Assembly (NCBI GenBank): GCA_963667505.2
Contig: OY763490.2
Coordinates: 3,245,773 to 3,309,772 of the forward strand
Reading direction: 5' to 3'
Length of the DNA stretch: 64,000 nt
DNA from: Acidimicrobiales bacterium
GTDB taxonomy: Bacteria; Actinomycetota; Acidimicrobiia; Acidimicrobiales; Aldehydirespiratoraceae
Shown: positions 18,891 through 27,974 of the stretch, piece by piece
How positions within the stretch are numbered: the first letter of the stretch is position 1
How the letters are laid out: each line of letters begins with the position of its first letter
Notes under the pieces: generated by a model
Database searches by the model: none
What the model was told of the DNA's origin: nothing
What the model saw: only the letters and a program-made list of their open reading frames with translations
Position numbers and translations under genes: made by a program

Positions 18891-20291
18891 ATGGCCACTG
18901 ATCTTGAGAGGTTCGTCGAAGCGGACGGACGCGAAGAGCAGATCCGAGAGGTGGAGGCCCGCATCGAGGCCGACGACATCCGGTACCTGTACTGCCAGTT
19001 CGTCTCGGTCACGGGCCGGATCATGGGCAAGGGCATACCGGCCAAGCACTTCGGCATGATCGCCCGCAAGGGCTTCCAACTCGTCTACGGCTCCACCGCC
19101 AACCTCTTCATCGACCGCCACGGCAACTACATCGGCTACGGCCCCGAGGCCCGCGAGCTCGTCGGCATCGGCGAGCCCGAGACGTTCATGCCGCTGCCCT
19201 GGGACCCCAAGACGGCCCGAGTGTGGTGCACGCTGTTCCGAGGCCGCGAGGAGGAGGTCGACGGCGGCGCCTACCTGACCTCGGACTGCCGAGGCAACCT
19301 CAGGCGGCTCCACGCCGACTTCGAGGCCAAGCACGGGCTGCACCTGCGGGCCGGCTGCGAGCCCGAGATGATGTGGCTCAAGGCCGACGCCGACGGCAAG
19401 CCCACGGTGGAGGGCATGACCAAGCCGAACTGCTACCACATCGACCAGTTCGCCGAGCTCCAGCCGCTGATCCACAAGGTGGTGGAGTACTGCGAGGCCA
19501 TGGGCCTGGACATGATCCAGGGCGACCACGAGGACGCCCCCGGCCAGCTCGAGCTGAACTTCATGTTCGACCGGGCCGAGGTCACCGCCGACCGGCTCAC
19601 CACCTACCGCCAGGTGTGCAAGCAGGTGGGCCGGGAGCTGGGCGCCTTCCCGTGCTTCATGCCCAAGCCGTTCATGGGGGTGTCGGCCAACGGGTGCCAC
19701 CACAACATCTCGCTGTGGGACGGCGACGGCAACAACAAGTTCATGCCCGAGGGCGACAACCCGCAGCTGCCCGGCCCGGTCGGCATGAAGGCCATCGGCG
19801 GCATCCTCGAGCACGTCCGGGCGCTGACCTGTCTCACGTCGCCGACGGTCAACTCCTACCGCCGGCTGTGGGACACCGGCTTCTGGGCGCCGGTGTTCGC
19901 CGACTGGGGCTTCCAGAACCGCACCACCGCCCTGCGGGTGAGCGCCCCGGGCCGCTTCGAGTACCGCTCGGTGGACAGCGCGGTCAACCCGCACCTGTCG
20001 TTCGCGGGGCTGCTGCAGGCCATGGACGACGGCCTCGACCGCAGCCTCGACCCGGGCGAGCCCGAGGAGCGCAACATCTACGAGGCCATGGAGGCGGGCA
20101 AGGACGTCCAGAAGATCCCGCTCACCCTGGGCGAGGCCCTGGAGGCGCTGCGCAGCGACGAGGTCGTCATGCGCGCGCTGCCGGGCGAGATGAGCAAGGT
20201 GTTCTTCCACTACAAGGACGACGAGTGGGAGCGGTTCCTGGCCACCGTGTCGGACTGGGACGTGGAGGAGTACCTGGACGTCCTTCCCTGA
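18891..20291 (+). CDS. gmaS: glutamine-synthetase-family enzyme, probable gamma-glutamylmethylamide synthetase
   Basis: 466 aa with a GS catalytic-domain fold. Sits immediately upstream of mgsABC-like genes. GGGGGAGAA lies before the ATG. Confidence 0.65.
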   Translation: MATDLERFVEADGREEQIREVEARIEADDIRYLYCQFVSVTGRIMGKGIPAKHFGMIARKGFQLVYGSTANLFIDRHGNYIGYGPEARELVGIGEPETFMPLPWDPKTARVWCTLFRGREEEVDGGAYLTSDCRGNLRRLHADFEAKHGLHLRAGCEPEMMWLKADADGKPTVEGMTKPNCYHIDQFAELQPLIHKVVEYCEAMGLDMIQGDHEDAPGQLELNFMFDRAEVTADRLTTYRQVCKQVGRELGAFPCFMPKPFMGVSANGCHHNISLWDGDGNNKFMPEGDNPQLPGPVGMKAIGGILEHVRALTCLTSPTVNSYRRLWDTGFWAPVFADWGFQNRTTALRVSAPGRFEYRSVDSAVNPHLSFAGLLQAMDDGLDRSLDPGEPEERNIYEAMEAGKDVQKIPLTLGEALEALRSDEVVMRALPGEMSKVFFHYKDDEWERFLATVSDWDVEEYLDVLP

Positions 20292-20346
20292 CGGCCGAAG
20301 AAACCGAGCAACAGAACCACGACACCTCGAACAAGGGGGTAGCACC

Positions 20347-21276
20347 ATGTGCGGCATAGCCGGCGTGATCCACCGGCACGGCGCTGCCGACGTCGGCGCC
20401 GAGCTCACAGCCATGCTCCAGTCGATGAAGCACCGCGGGCCGGACTCCACCGGCTACGCGGTCTACGGACCGGCCGACGACATGGTCGTCATCCGTTTCG
20501 TGCTGGCCGAGCCCAACAAGAGCACCGGCTTCGGGATGGAGGAACGCCTCGAGCGAAACCGGGCCGAGGTGGAGAGCCGGCTGGCCAAGATCGGTGCCGA
20601 GGTGGCCACCGTCACCAGCGACACCGGCTACGCCTTCCGGGCCACCATCCGCTACGGCGGCGACCTGAAGGCTTTGGCCGACTACCTCGAGGACGTGCCC
20701 GGCTGCGAGGTGCTGTCGCTGGGCAGCTCTCTGGAGATCATCAAGGACCTCGGCGACGCCGAGACGGTCAGCGGCCAGTACGAACTGGGCTCTTTCCGGG
20801 GCACCCACGGCATCGGCCATGTGCGCATGGCCACCGAGTCCGAGGTCGACCTGGCCAGCGCCCACCCCTACTGGGCCTACCCGTTCGCGGACGTGGCCGT
20901 GGTCCACAACGGACAGCTCACCAACTACCACCAGTGGCGCCGCCGACTGGAGCAGCACGGCCACCGGTTCCAGAGCGAGTGCGACTCCGAGATCATCGCG
21001 GTGTACCTGGCCGAGTACATGTCGCGGGGCCTGTCGCTGGAGACGGCCATGAAGCACAGCCTCGACGACCTCGACGGCGTGTTCACCTACGTGTGCGTCA
21101 CCGGCAACGAGCTGGGCGTCGCCAAGGACGAGATGGCAGCCAAGCCGCTGGTGCTGTTCGAGTCCGATCCCCTGGTGGCGGTGGCCACCGAGGAGGTCGC
21201 CATCCGGGCCCTGGTCAAGCGCGAGGTCATAACCCGCGACCCCTACGAGCGGGAGGTGCTGGTGTGGCAGGTCTAG
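20347..21276 (+). CDS. mgsA: class-II glutamine amidotransferase domain protein, N-methylglutamate synthase subunit A-like
   Basis: N-terminal MCGIAGV (Ntn Cys2), 309 aa. Position between gmaS and the GXGXG-domain gene. Confidence 0.7.
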   Translation: MCGIAGVIHRHGAADVGAELTAMLQSMKHRGPDSTGYAVYGPADDMVVIRFVLAEPNKSTGFGMEERLERNRAEVESRLAKIGAEVATVTSDTGYAFRATIRYGGDLKALADYLEDVPGCEVLSLGSSLEIIKDLGDAETVSGQYELGSFRGTHGIGHVRMATESEVDLASAHPYWAYPFADVAVVHNGQLTNYHQWRRRLEQHGHRFQSECDSEIIAVYLAEYMSRGLSLETAMKHSLDDLDGVFTYVCVTGNELGVAKDEMAAKPLVLFESDPLVAVATEEVAIRALVKREVITRDPYEREVLVWQV

Positions 21277-21310
21277 GCAGCGTGACGGTCGGTGCTGGTG
21301 TGGCAGGTCT
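21255..21310 (+). repeat. 20-bp direct duplication of the mgsA 3' end
   Basis: GGTGCTGGTGTGGCAGGTCT occurs at 21255-21274 (ending in TAG) and again at 21291-21310 (followed by GA, giving TGA). Period is 36 bp. Confidence 0.9.
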
Positions 21311-21343
21311 GAGTCGGGATCCCAGCCCGAGAGGGGAGCGCTG

Positions 21344-22138
21344 ATGCCCGGCTCAGGGTCGCGCAGCGGCGTCAGCTACGACGCCCGGGGGCTGGTGGAG
21401 CCCCACGCCGAGATGCCCGACAACATCGAGATCGACGGAGGACGGGCTCGCTTCGACGCCACCGACCTGACCATCCGCCAGATCAACATGGCGCTGCGCA
21501 AGCTGATCTACAACGACGGCATCGGTGACGTGACCGTGCTCAACCCGTCCTCCAAGCACTCGCTGGCGGTCGGGATCCTCAAGCGCTGCCGCATCCACTT
21601 CGAGGGCAGCCCCGGCTGGTTCGCCTGCGGGCTCATCGACGGGCCCGAGGTCACCATCAACGGCCGGGTGGGCTGGTCGGTGGCCGAGAACATGATGTCG
21701 GGCGTGGTGACCGTCGAGCGCAGCGCGGGCTCGCTCACCGGGGCGGCCATCCGCGGCGGAGACCTGATCATCAAGGGCGACGTCGGGGCCCGCACCGGCA
21801 TCGACCAGAAGGGCGGCACCATCATCGTCACCGGCGACGTGGGCATCAACACCGGGTTCATGATGCAGCGTGGCCGCCAGATCATCTGCGGCAACGCCGG
21901 CATGAACCTGGGCGACTCCATGTACGACGGCACCATCTACGTGGCCGGCAAGGTGCGCTCGCTGGGCGTGGACTGCGTGCCGGGAGACTGGACCGACGCC
22001 GACACCGAGCTGATCAAGCGCAAGTTCCGCATCCACGGGCTCGGCGACCCGCCCGAGTTCCAGAAGTTCGTGTGCGGCAAGCAGCTCCACAACTACGACG
22101 CGCTGGAGCCCTCCGAGCGCAAGCTCGTCATCCACTAG
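21344..22138 (+). CDS. mgsB: GXGXG-motif (glutamate synthase alpha-subunit C-terminal domain-like) protein, N-methylglutamate synthase subunit B-like
   Basis: Repeated beta-helix G-x-G motifs (GDVGARTG, GDVGINTG, GNAGMNLG). Alternative start at 21413. Confidence 0.7.
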   Translation: MPGSGSRSGVSYDARGLVEPHAEMPDNIEIDGGRARFDATDLTIRQINMALRKLIYNDGIGDVTVLNPSSKHSLAVGILKRCRIHFEGSPGWFACGLIDGPEVTINGRVGWSVAENMMSGVVTVERSAGSLTGAAIRGGDLIIKGDVGARTGIDQKGGTIIVTGDVGINTGFMMQRGRQIICGNAGMNLGDSMYDGTIYVAGKVRSLGVDCVPGDWTDADTELIKRKFRIHGLGDPPEFQKFVCGKQLHNYDALEPSERKLVIH

Positions 22139-22252
22139 AGGCCGAGCGGAAGGGGAGCGATTCGTGAGCAAGTTCGCGAGGCATCGAGCGAGGCCGTGGC
22201 CCGAGCGGCCCGTGAGCGCAGCGAACAAGAGCGGGAATTAGGAGCACTGGTC

Positions 22253-23647
22253 ATGTCTGAAGTCAACAAGAGCACCGACGTCCTGGGCAAGAGCCGCATC
22301 TTCACGCCCGAGGTCATCAACGACATCCATGTGAAGTCCGAGCTGGGCCGCTACCGGATGCGAGGCTTCTCGATCTTCAAGAAGATCCCCCACTGGGACG
22401 AGCTGGTGTTCCTGCCGGGCACCCTCACCCGGTTCGTGATCGAGGGCTACCGCGAGAAGTGCGAGACCCGCACGGTCATCGGCTCGCGCTTCGCGGCCAA
22501 GCCCCTGGAGCTCGACATCCCGGTGTACATCACCGGCATGAGCTTCGGCGCGCTGTCGCTGGAGGCCAAGATGGCCCTGGCCAAGGGCGCCTCCATGGCC
22601 GGCACCGCCACCTGCTCGGGCGAGGGCGGGATGATCCCGCCCGAACGCGACCTGTCCACCAAGTGGTACTACCAGATCATCCAGAGCCGCTACGGCTTCA
22701 ACCCCCATCACCTGATGCTGGCCGACGCGGTGGAGTTCTTCATCGGACAGGGCTGCAAGGTCGGCCTCGGCGGCCACCTCATGGGCCAGAAGGTCACCGA
22801 GCAGGTGGCCGAGATGCGCTCGCTGCCCGCGGGCATCGACCAGCGCTCCCCGGCACGGCATCCCGACTGGCTCGGCCCCGACGACCTGTCGCTGAAGATC
22901 CAGGAGGTACGCGAGGCCACCGACTACCAGATCCCCATCCAGCTCAAGCTGGGCTCGGCCCGGGTCTACGACGACGTGCGCATGGCGGCCAAGTGCGGCC
23001 CCGACGTGATCTACCTCGACGGCGCCGAGGGTGGCACCGGCGCCGGACCCCACCTGGCCACCGAGGAGACCGGCATCCCGCTGATGGCGGCCATCCCCGA
23101 GGCCCGCCGGGCCCTCGAAGACGTGGGCCTGGCCGACGACATCGACCTGGTCGTGGCGGGCGGCATCCGCAACGGCGGCGACGTGGCCAAGTGCCTGGCC
23201 CTGGGGGCCGACGCGGTGGCGTTGGGCACGGCCGCGCTGATGGCGCTCAACTGCAACAAGGAGATCCCTGGCGTCACCGACTACGAGGGCACCATCGGCG
23301 TGCCCGCGGGCGAGTGCTACCACTGCCACACCGGCCGCTGCCCGGTGGGGGTGGCCACTCAGGACGTGGAGCTGCGCAAGCGCCTCGACGTCGACGAGGC
23401 CGCCCTGCGGGTCTACAACTTCCTGATCACGCTCACGATGGAGGTGCAGATGCTGGCCCGGGCCTGCGGCAAGACCGACATCCACTCACTGGAGCCCGAG
23501 GACCTGGCCGCCCTCACCCACGAGGCGGCGGCCATGGCCAAGGTGCCTCTGGCGGGAACCAACTACATCCCCGGCGTCACCGAGGAGCGCACCCTGGCCG
23601 AGATCAGGGACCTGTTCGACAAGCACGTCATCGACGGAGGAATGTGA
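22253..23647 (+). CDS. mgsC: FMN-binding glutamate synthase family protein, N-methylglutamate synthase subunit C-like
   Basis: GltS FMN-domain motifs (ITGMSFGALS, YLDGAEGGTGAGP, VAGGIRNGGDVAKCLALGADAV). TAGGAG lies upstream of the ATG at 22253. The tracked ORF starts at 22196. Confidence 0.75.
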   Translation: MSEVNKSTDVLGKSRIFTPEVINDIHVKSELGRYRMRGFSIFKKIPHWDELVFLPGTLTRFVIEGYREKCETRTVIGSRFAAKPLELDIPVYITGMSFGALSLEAKMALAKGASMAGTATCSGEGGMIPPERDLSTKWYYQIIQSRYGFNPHHLMLADAVEFFIGQGCKVGLGGHLMGQKVTEQVAEMRSLPAGIDQRSPARHPDWLGPDDLSLKIQEVREATDYQIPIQLKLGSARVYDDVRMAAKCGPDVIYLDGAEGGTGAGPHLATEETGIPLMAAIPEARRALEDVGLADDIDLVVAGGIRNGGDVAKCLALGADAVALGTAALMALNCNKEIPGVTDYEGTIGVPAGECYHCHTGRCPVGVATQDVELRKRLDVDEAALRVYNFLITLTMEVQMLARACGKTDIHSLEPEDLAALTHEAAAMAKVPLAGTNYIPGVTEERTLAEIRDLFDKHVIDGGM

Positions 23648-23688
23648 AATGGCTGGAACTGCCGACGCGACGACGAGGGAGCAGTGAC

Positions 23689-24144
23689 ATGGCCGGATCG
23701 GCGAGCACGGGCGAGAGCCCCCGCGAGACCCGCACGGTCGCCATCGACGCCGAGGTGCTGGCCGGCAAGCGCTTCGCCTATCAGGAGGACGTGTCGCTGG
23801 TGGAGGACATCGACCTGCTGGCGGCCACCCCCGGCCCCGACATCAACTGGCTGGAGGACATCACCCTGCTGGAGGAGGACGGCGTGCCCGCGGTGTTCGA
23901 CCGCTACTCGAACTCGTTTCTGAAGATCTACTTCCCGATCCCGCCCGGCCGCGAGGACGAGGTCGCCCGCAAGGTGCTCATCAAGCACCTGACCGAGGGC
24001 AACTCCTACGGGATCACGCTCAAGGACATCCACTGCAAGTTCCCGCAGGTAGAGCTGGGGCCGTGGGTGGACGATTCTCCGATCGTGGGCACCGACTGGC
24101 GCCAGCCGGTGCTGGAGGGATGGACCGCCCCCGCGAGCCACTGA
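23689..24144 (+). CDS. hypothetical acidic protein (151 aa), no family recognised
   Basis: In-frame tail of ORF 22459..24144. The ATG at 23689 is preceded by GAGGGAG. GC3-rich codon usage. Lies 41 nt after the mgsC stop and 42 nt before the flavoprotein gene. Confidence 0.55.
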   Translation: MAGSASTGESPRETRTVAIDAEVLAGKRFAYQEDVSLVEDIDLLAATPGPDINWLEDITLLEEDGVPAVFDRYSNSFLKIYFPIPPGREDEVARKVLIKHLTEGNSYGITLKDIHCKFPQVELGPWVDDSPIVGTDWRQPVLEGWTAPASH

Positions 24145-24186
24145 GACCGAGAGGCTGAGCGCGAGCAGACAAGGAGGGCAGCTCCA

Positions 24187-25518
24187 ATGGGACTTCCAGG
24201 CTCGGCACGCTATGTGATCATCGGCGCCGGCATACACGGCCTGTCGACTGCGTGGAACCTGGCCCGCGACCTGGGATCGTCGGGTCGGGGATCGGGCGAC
24301 GACGTGGTGGTCATCGACAAGACCGGCGTCGGCGCGGGCGCGTCCGGCATCGCCTGCGGCGTCGTGCGCAACAACTACTTCCAGCCGGCCATGCGCGAGC
24401 TGATGGCCCACTGCACCGACGTCTGGGAGAGCGACCCCGAGGCGTTCTCATACCATCCGGTGGGCTACCTGCAGATCAGCCACGAGGCCATGCGGGCCGA
24501 CGTGGCCTCGATCCACGCCCAGCAGCAGGCCATCGGCTACTCCTCGACCTTCGTCGAGGGCGCGGCGCCCTCGGCGGCGTACATGCGGGGGATCTTCGAC
24601 GACTGGCAGGCTCAGGGCGTCACCAGCGTGCTGCACGAGCACCGCGGCGGCTACGCCAACAACATGGCGTCGCTCAAGGGACTGCTGCAGAAGGCGGAAG
24701 CCGAGGGCGTGGCCGTGGTGGGCGGCGTGACCGTGACCGGCTTCGACCGCGACGCATCCGGGGCGGTCACTGCGGTGCTCACCGACCAGGGGCCGGTGGA
24801 GTGCGACCATGTGGTGGTGGCGGTCGGGCCGTGGGTCCAGCAGATCTGGGCCATGCTCGACCTGCCCTTCACTGTCGATGTGCTCGGACGCGACGGTCGC
24901 CTCCACCGCCGGCCCACCTGGACCTACATGTGCCTGCAGGAGGGCACGCTCGGTGTCGATCCGGGCTACCTCACCGACAACGACGGGAACATGCCGCCGG
25001 TGGTCCACATCGACACTGACGCCCCGCTGCACGACGAAGAAGGGCTGGTCACCGAGGGGCCGTGGGGCGTCTACTACAAGCCCGACTTCAACTTCGGCGG
25101 CGTGCAGGGCGGCTACATGCCCTACGTGGTGGACAAGCCCGCTGAGGAGGTCGCGGTCGATCCCTACGGCCCGGACTCGCCCGACTTCATCGTGGGCGCC
25201 GAGTTCTACCGCACCTGGAGCGCGGCGCTGGCCCACTGCCAGAAGCGCTTCGAGGGCAAGTCGCACCTGATGAGCACCGAGCCGTCGGGCGGCATCGGCA
25301 GCTTCTCGCCCGACAACTTCCCGGTGTTCGACACGTTCTGCGACAACGCCTACTTCATCGCCGACTCCAACCACGGCTACAAGATGATCGGCGTGGGCAG
25401 CCTGGTAGCCAAGGAGCTGCTGGGCGAGTCGCAGGCCCTGCTGGCGCCGTTCCGATGGTCGCGCTACGCCGAGGGCAGGCTCCACCCGGTCAGCAACTCG
25501 CCCTACCCCTGGAGCTGA
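24187..25518 (+). CDS. FAD-dependent oxidoreductase (DAO family, sarcosine-oxidase-beta-like)
   Basis: Dinucleotide fold YVIIGAGIHGLSTAWNLA. Motif GIACGVVRNNY resembles the SoxB/MgdA-type region. 443 aa. Confidence 0.7.
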   Translation: MGLPGSARYVIIGAGIHGLSTAWNLARDLGSSGRGSGDDVVVIDKTGVGAGASGIACGVVRNNYFQPAMRELMAHCTDVWESDPEAFSYHPVGYLQISHEAMRADVASIHAQQQAIGYSSTFVEGAAPSAAYMRGIFDDWQAQGVTSVLHEHRGGYANNMASLKGLLQKAEAEGVAVVGGVTVTGFDRDASGAVTAVLTDQGPVECDHVVVAVGPWVQQIWAMLDLPFTVDVLGRDGRLHRRPTWTYMCLQEGTLGVDPGYLTDNDGNMPPVVHIDTDAPLHDEEGLVTEGPWGVYYKPDFNFGGVQGGYMPYVVDKPAEEVAVDPYGPDSPDFIVGAEFYRTWSAALAHCQKRFEGKSHLMSTEPSGGIGSFSPDNFPVFDTFCDNAYFIADSNHGYKMIGVGSLVAKELLGESQALLAPFRWSRYAEGRLHPVSNSPYPWS

Positions 25519-25602
25519 CCGCAGCCCGGGGGACGGCTGCAACCAACAAGTCGCCGATCCGCTGAGGCCGTCCGGCCTATGGGTTTGGGATAGTTTGTCG
25601 CG

Positions 25603-27912
25603 GTGTACTCTTCGCTGGCCCGGCGGTGCTTCCGGCGTCCCTGGCGCGGACTCGTCGTCTGGCTCCTGGTCCTGTTCGCGGTGCTGGGTATCTCCGGGAA
25701 TCTCGGAGAGGCCTACAGCGCCGATTTGGCCATAGCCGGCACCGAGAGCCACGACGGCAACGACCTTCTCAAGCAGCACTTCGCCGGCGTTGGCGCCGGA
25801 CCGGCCGGCACCATCGTGTTCCGGGCCGAGCAAGGCGTGGACGATCCCGAGGTGCGGTCGGCGATGGGCGAGTTGTTCGCTCGGGTGAGGGCACTCGAGG
25901 ACACCTCCATCATCACGCCGTACGATCCGCTGGTCGGGCCGCTGCGAATCGCGCAGGACGGCGACCATGCAGGCCGCGTCGCATACGCCGATGTGAGTCT
26001 CCCGGCCGGGACGAGCGCCACCGAGGCCCAGGACATGGGAAGGACCATCGAGGGCCTGATCTCCGAGCTCGAGTTGCGATCCATCGAGGGCCTCGAGGTG
26101 GAAGTGGGCGGGGTCTGGTTCGCCGAACTGAGGCCGCCCGAGTCCGAGGCCATCGGGCTGGCCTTCGCGGTGTTCGTCCTCATCGCAATGCTGGGTTCGG
26201 TTATGGCCATGGGCGCCACTGTGGTGGCGGCTCTGGTCACCGTCGGCATCGGCGCGGCCACCATCATCGTCCTCAGCAACTTCATGACCGTGCCCGACTT
26301 CGCGCCGGCCATAGGCCTCATGATCGGGCTGGGCGTCGGCATCGACTACGCACTGTTCATCATCACCCGCTACCGGGACGCGCTGAGCGAGGGCCACGAG
26401 CGGGAGCAGGCCCTAGTGCTGGCGCTCGACTCCGCAGGCAGGTCCGTCATATTCGCGGGCGCGACTGTCGTCGTGTCGCTGCTGGGCATGCTGTTCATCG
26501 GGATCCCGTTCGTGACCGGCTTCGGCGTCGCCGCGGCCGCGACCGTGACAGTGGTGGTGGTCGGCTCGGTCACGCTGCTGCCGTCGCTGGTCGCCCTGCT
26601 CGGCGACCGGCTCACCACCACCCGGGTTCGGGGCGTGGTGGCCGCGGCGCTGTTCAGCGCAGCCCTGTTCGGCGCCGGCGCCGGGATCGAGCCGTTGGCC
26701 ATCGGCGCCGTGCCGGCTGCTCTGGTCGTGCTGGCGGCCGGGATGTTCGGAGGGGACGGGAACCCTCTGCGACGAAGGCTGCGGTCCCGTCGGACCCGTC
26801 CGCTCCGCGAGACGGGGTGGTACCGGCTCAGCCGCGCCGTGCAGGCTCGGCCGTGGAGCTTCGCCATAGGCGGCACCGCGCTGCTGCTGTTGTTGGCTGC
26901 TCCGGTGTTCGTGCTGCGGTTCGGATTCGCGGACGAGAGCAACTACGCCGCGGAGACCACCACCCGCAAGGCCTACGACCTGCTCGTCGACGGCTTCGGA
27001 GCGGGTGCCAACGGTCCTCTGCTGGTGGTGACCGAGGTGTCGGGCGTCGCCCAGATGGCCGAGTTGGCCAGCCTGGCAGGGGCCATCGAGGCCACCGACG
27101 GGGTCAGCTTCGTCAGCCCTCCCATCCCCAACAGCCCGCTGGCGCCGACCGCGGCCGCCCTCGAGGTCCGGCCGGCCACCGGGCCCCAGGCTGACGAGAC
27201 CGAGGCCCTCGTCAAGCACCTTCGCAGCAATGTGATCCCCGCGGCCGCCGCCGGGACGAGCCTCGATCCTGTGATCACCGGGCTGGTCGCGGTCAAGGCC
27301 GACGTCAGCGACTTCTTGAAGTCGCGCACCTTGGTGTTCTTCGTGGCGGTGCTGGGCGCCTCCTTCCTGCTGCTGATGGCCGTGTTCCGCTCGCTGGTCG
27401 TGCCGCTGAAGGCCGTCATCATGAACATGCTCTCGATCGGCGCGGCCTACGGCGTGCTGGTGGCCGTGTTCCAGTGGGGCTGGCTGGGCGGCCTCGTGGG
27501 GGTCGAGCCGGGGCCGATAGAGCCGTTCATGCCTATGATGCTGTTCGCGGTCCTGTTCGGCCTGTCCATGGACTACGAGGTGTTCCTCCTGTCGAGGATG
27601 AAGGAGGAGTTCGAACGCACCGGCGACGCGGTGAACTCCGTTGCCGACGGCTTGGCCCTGACAGCCCGAGTGATCACCGCGGCCGCCTTGATCATGGTGT
27701 TCGTGTTCGGGAGCTTCGTGTTCGAGGACCAGCGGGCAATCAAGATGTTCGGCGTCGGTTTGGCGGCCGCGGTTGCAGCCGACGCCAGCCTTGTACGGAT
27801 GCTCATCGTGCCCTCGACGATGGAGCTGCTCGGCGCTCGCAACTGGTGGCTCCCAGGCTGGCTCGACCGCATTCTTCCGAACGTCAGAGTTGAAGGCAGC
27901 AACATGGCCTGA
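25603..27912 (+). CDS. MMPL family (RND superfamily) transporter
   Basis: 769 aa with two 6-TM bundles. Motif GIDYALFIITRYRDAL recurs as SMDYEVFLLSRMKEEF. Confidence 0.85.
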   Translation: MYSSLARRCFRRPWRGLVVWLLVLFAVLGISGNLGEAYSADLAIAGTESHDGNDLLKQHFAGVGAGPAGTIVFRAEQGVDDPEVRSAMGELFARVRALEDTSIITPYDPLVGPLRIAQDGDHAGRVAYADVSLPAGTSATEAQDMGRTIEGLISELELRSIEGLEVEVGGVWFAELRPPESEAIGLAFAVFVLIAMLGSVMAMGATVVAALVTVGIGAATIIVLSNFMTVPDFAPAIGLMIGLGVGIDYALFIITRYRDALSEGHEREQALVLALDSAGRSVIFAGATVVVSLLGMLFIGIPFVTGFGVAAAATVTVVVVGSVTLLPSLVALLGDRLTTTRVRGVVAAALFSAALFGAGAGIEPLAIGAVPAALVVLAAGMFGGDGNPLRRRLRSRRTRPLRETGWYRLSRAVQARPWSFAIGGTALLLLLAAPVFVLRFGFADESNYAAETTTRKAYDLLVDGFGAGANGPLLVVTEVSGVAQMAELASLAGAIEATDGVSFVSPPIPNSPLAPTAAALEVRPATGPQADETEALVKHLRSNVIPAAAAGTSLDPVITGLVAVKADVSDFLKSRTLVFFVAVLGASFLLLMAVFRSLVVPLKAVIMNMLSIGAAYGVLVAVFQWGWLGGLVGVEPGPIEPFMPMMLFAVLFGLSMDYEVFLLSRMKEEFERTGDAVNSVADGLALTARVITAAALIMVFVFGSFVFEDQRAIKMFGVGLAAAVAADASLVRMLIVPSTMELLGARNWWLPGWLDRILPNVRVEGSNMA

Positions 27913-27974
27913 TCTACAGGGCCGCATTGGGTCGTAAAGCCCGTCGGCGAGGATAGGCCCACACCGATAGGCTG

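Noticed and set aside
18723-20450. 575-aa ORF antisense to gmaS. The same reasoning applies to 12588-14417, 15795-17285, 24448-26397, 26413-27928, 31411-32796, 32499-34130, 36240-37571, 40380-41903, 55997-57808, 56020-57774, 59424-60668 and 62597-63715.
   Set aside because: These are all antisense or out-of-phase shadows of genes with strong motif support. Their translations are compositionally biased (Arg/Gly/Pro/His/Asp-rich) with no motifs. This is typical of a GC-rich genome.
25521-25578. Two small hairpins after the SoxB-like gene (GCAGCC-n8-GGCTGC; AGGCCG-tc-CGGCCT followed by ATGGGTTTGGG)
   Set aside because: The stems are only 6 bp and one loop is only 2 nt. They are plausible but too weak to list as terminators.
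27951-27973. GATAGGC direct repeat (27952-27958 and 27966-27972) with a TAGGCT -10-like hexamer, suggesting a leaderless MpaB-like transcript. GGATAGGC also occurs at 50471-50478.
   Set aside because: The motifs are short, and their spacing and meaning are speculative. It cannot be supported without transcription start-site data.
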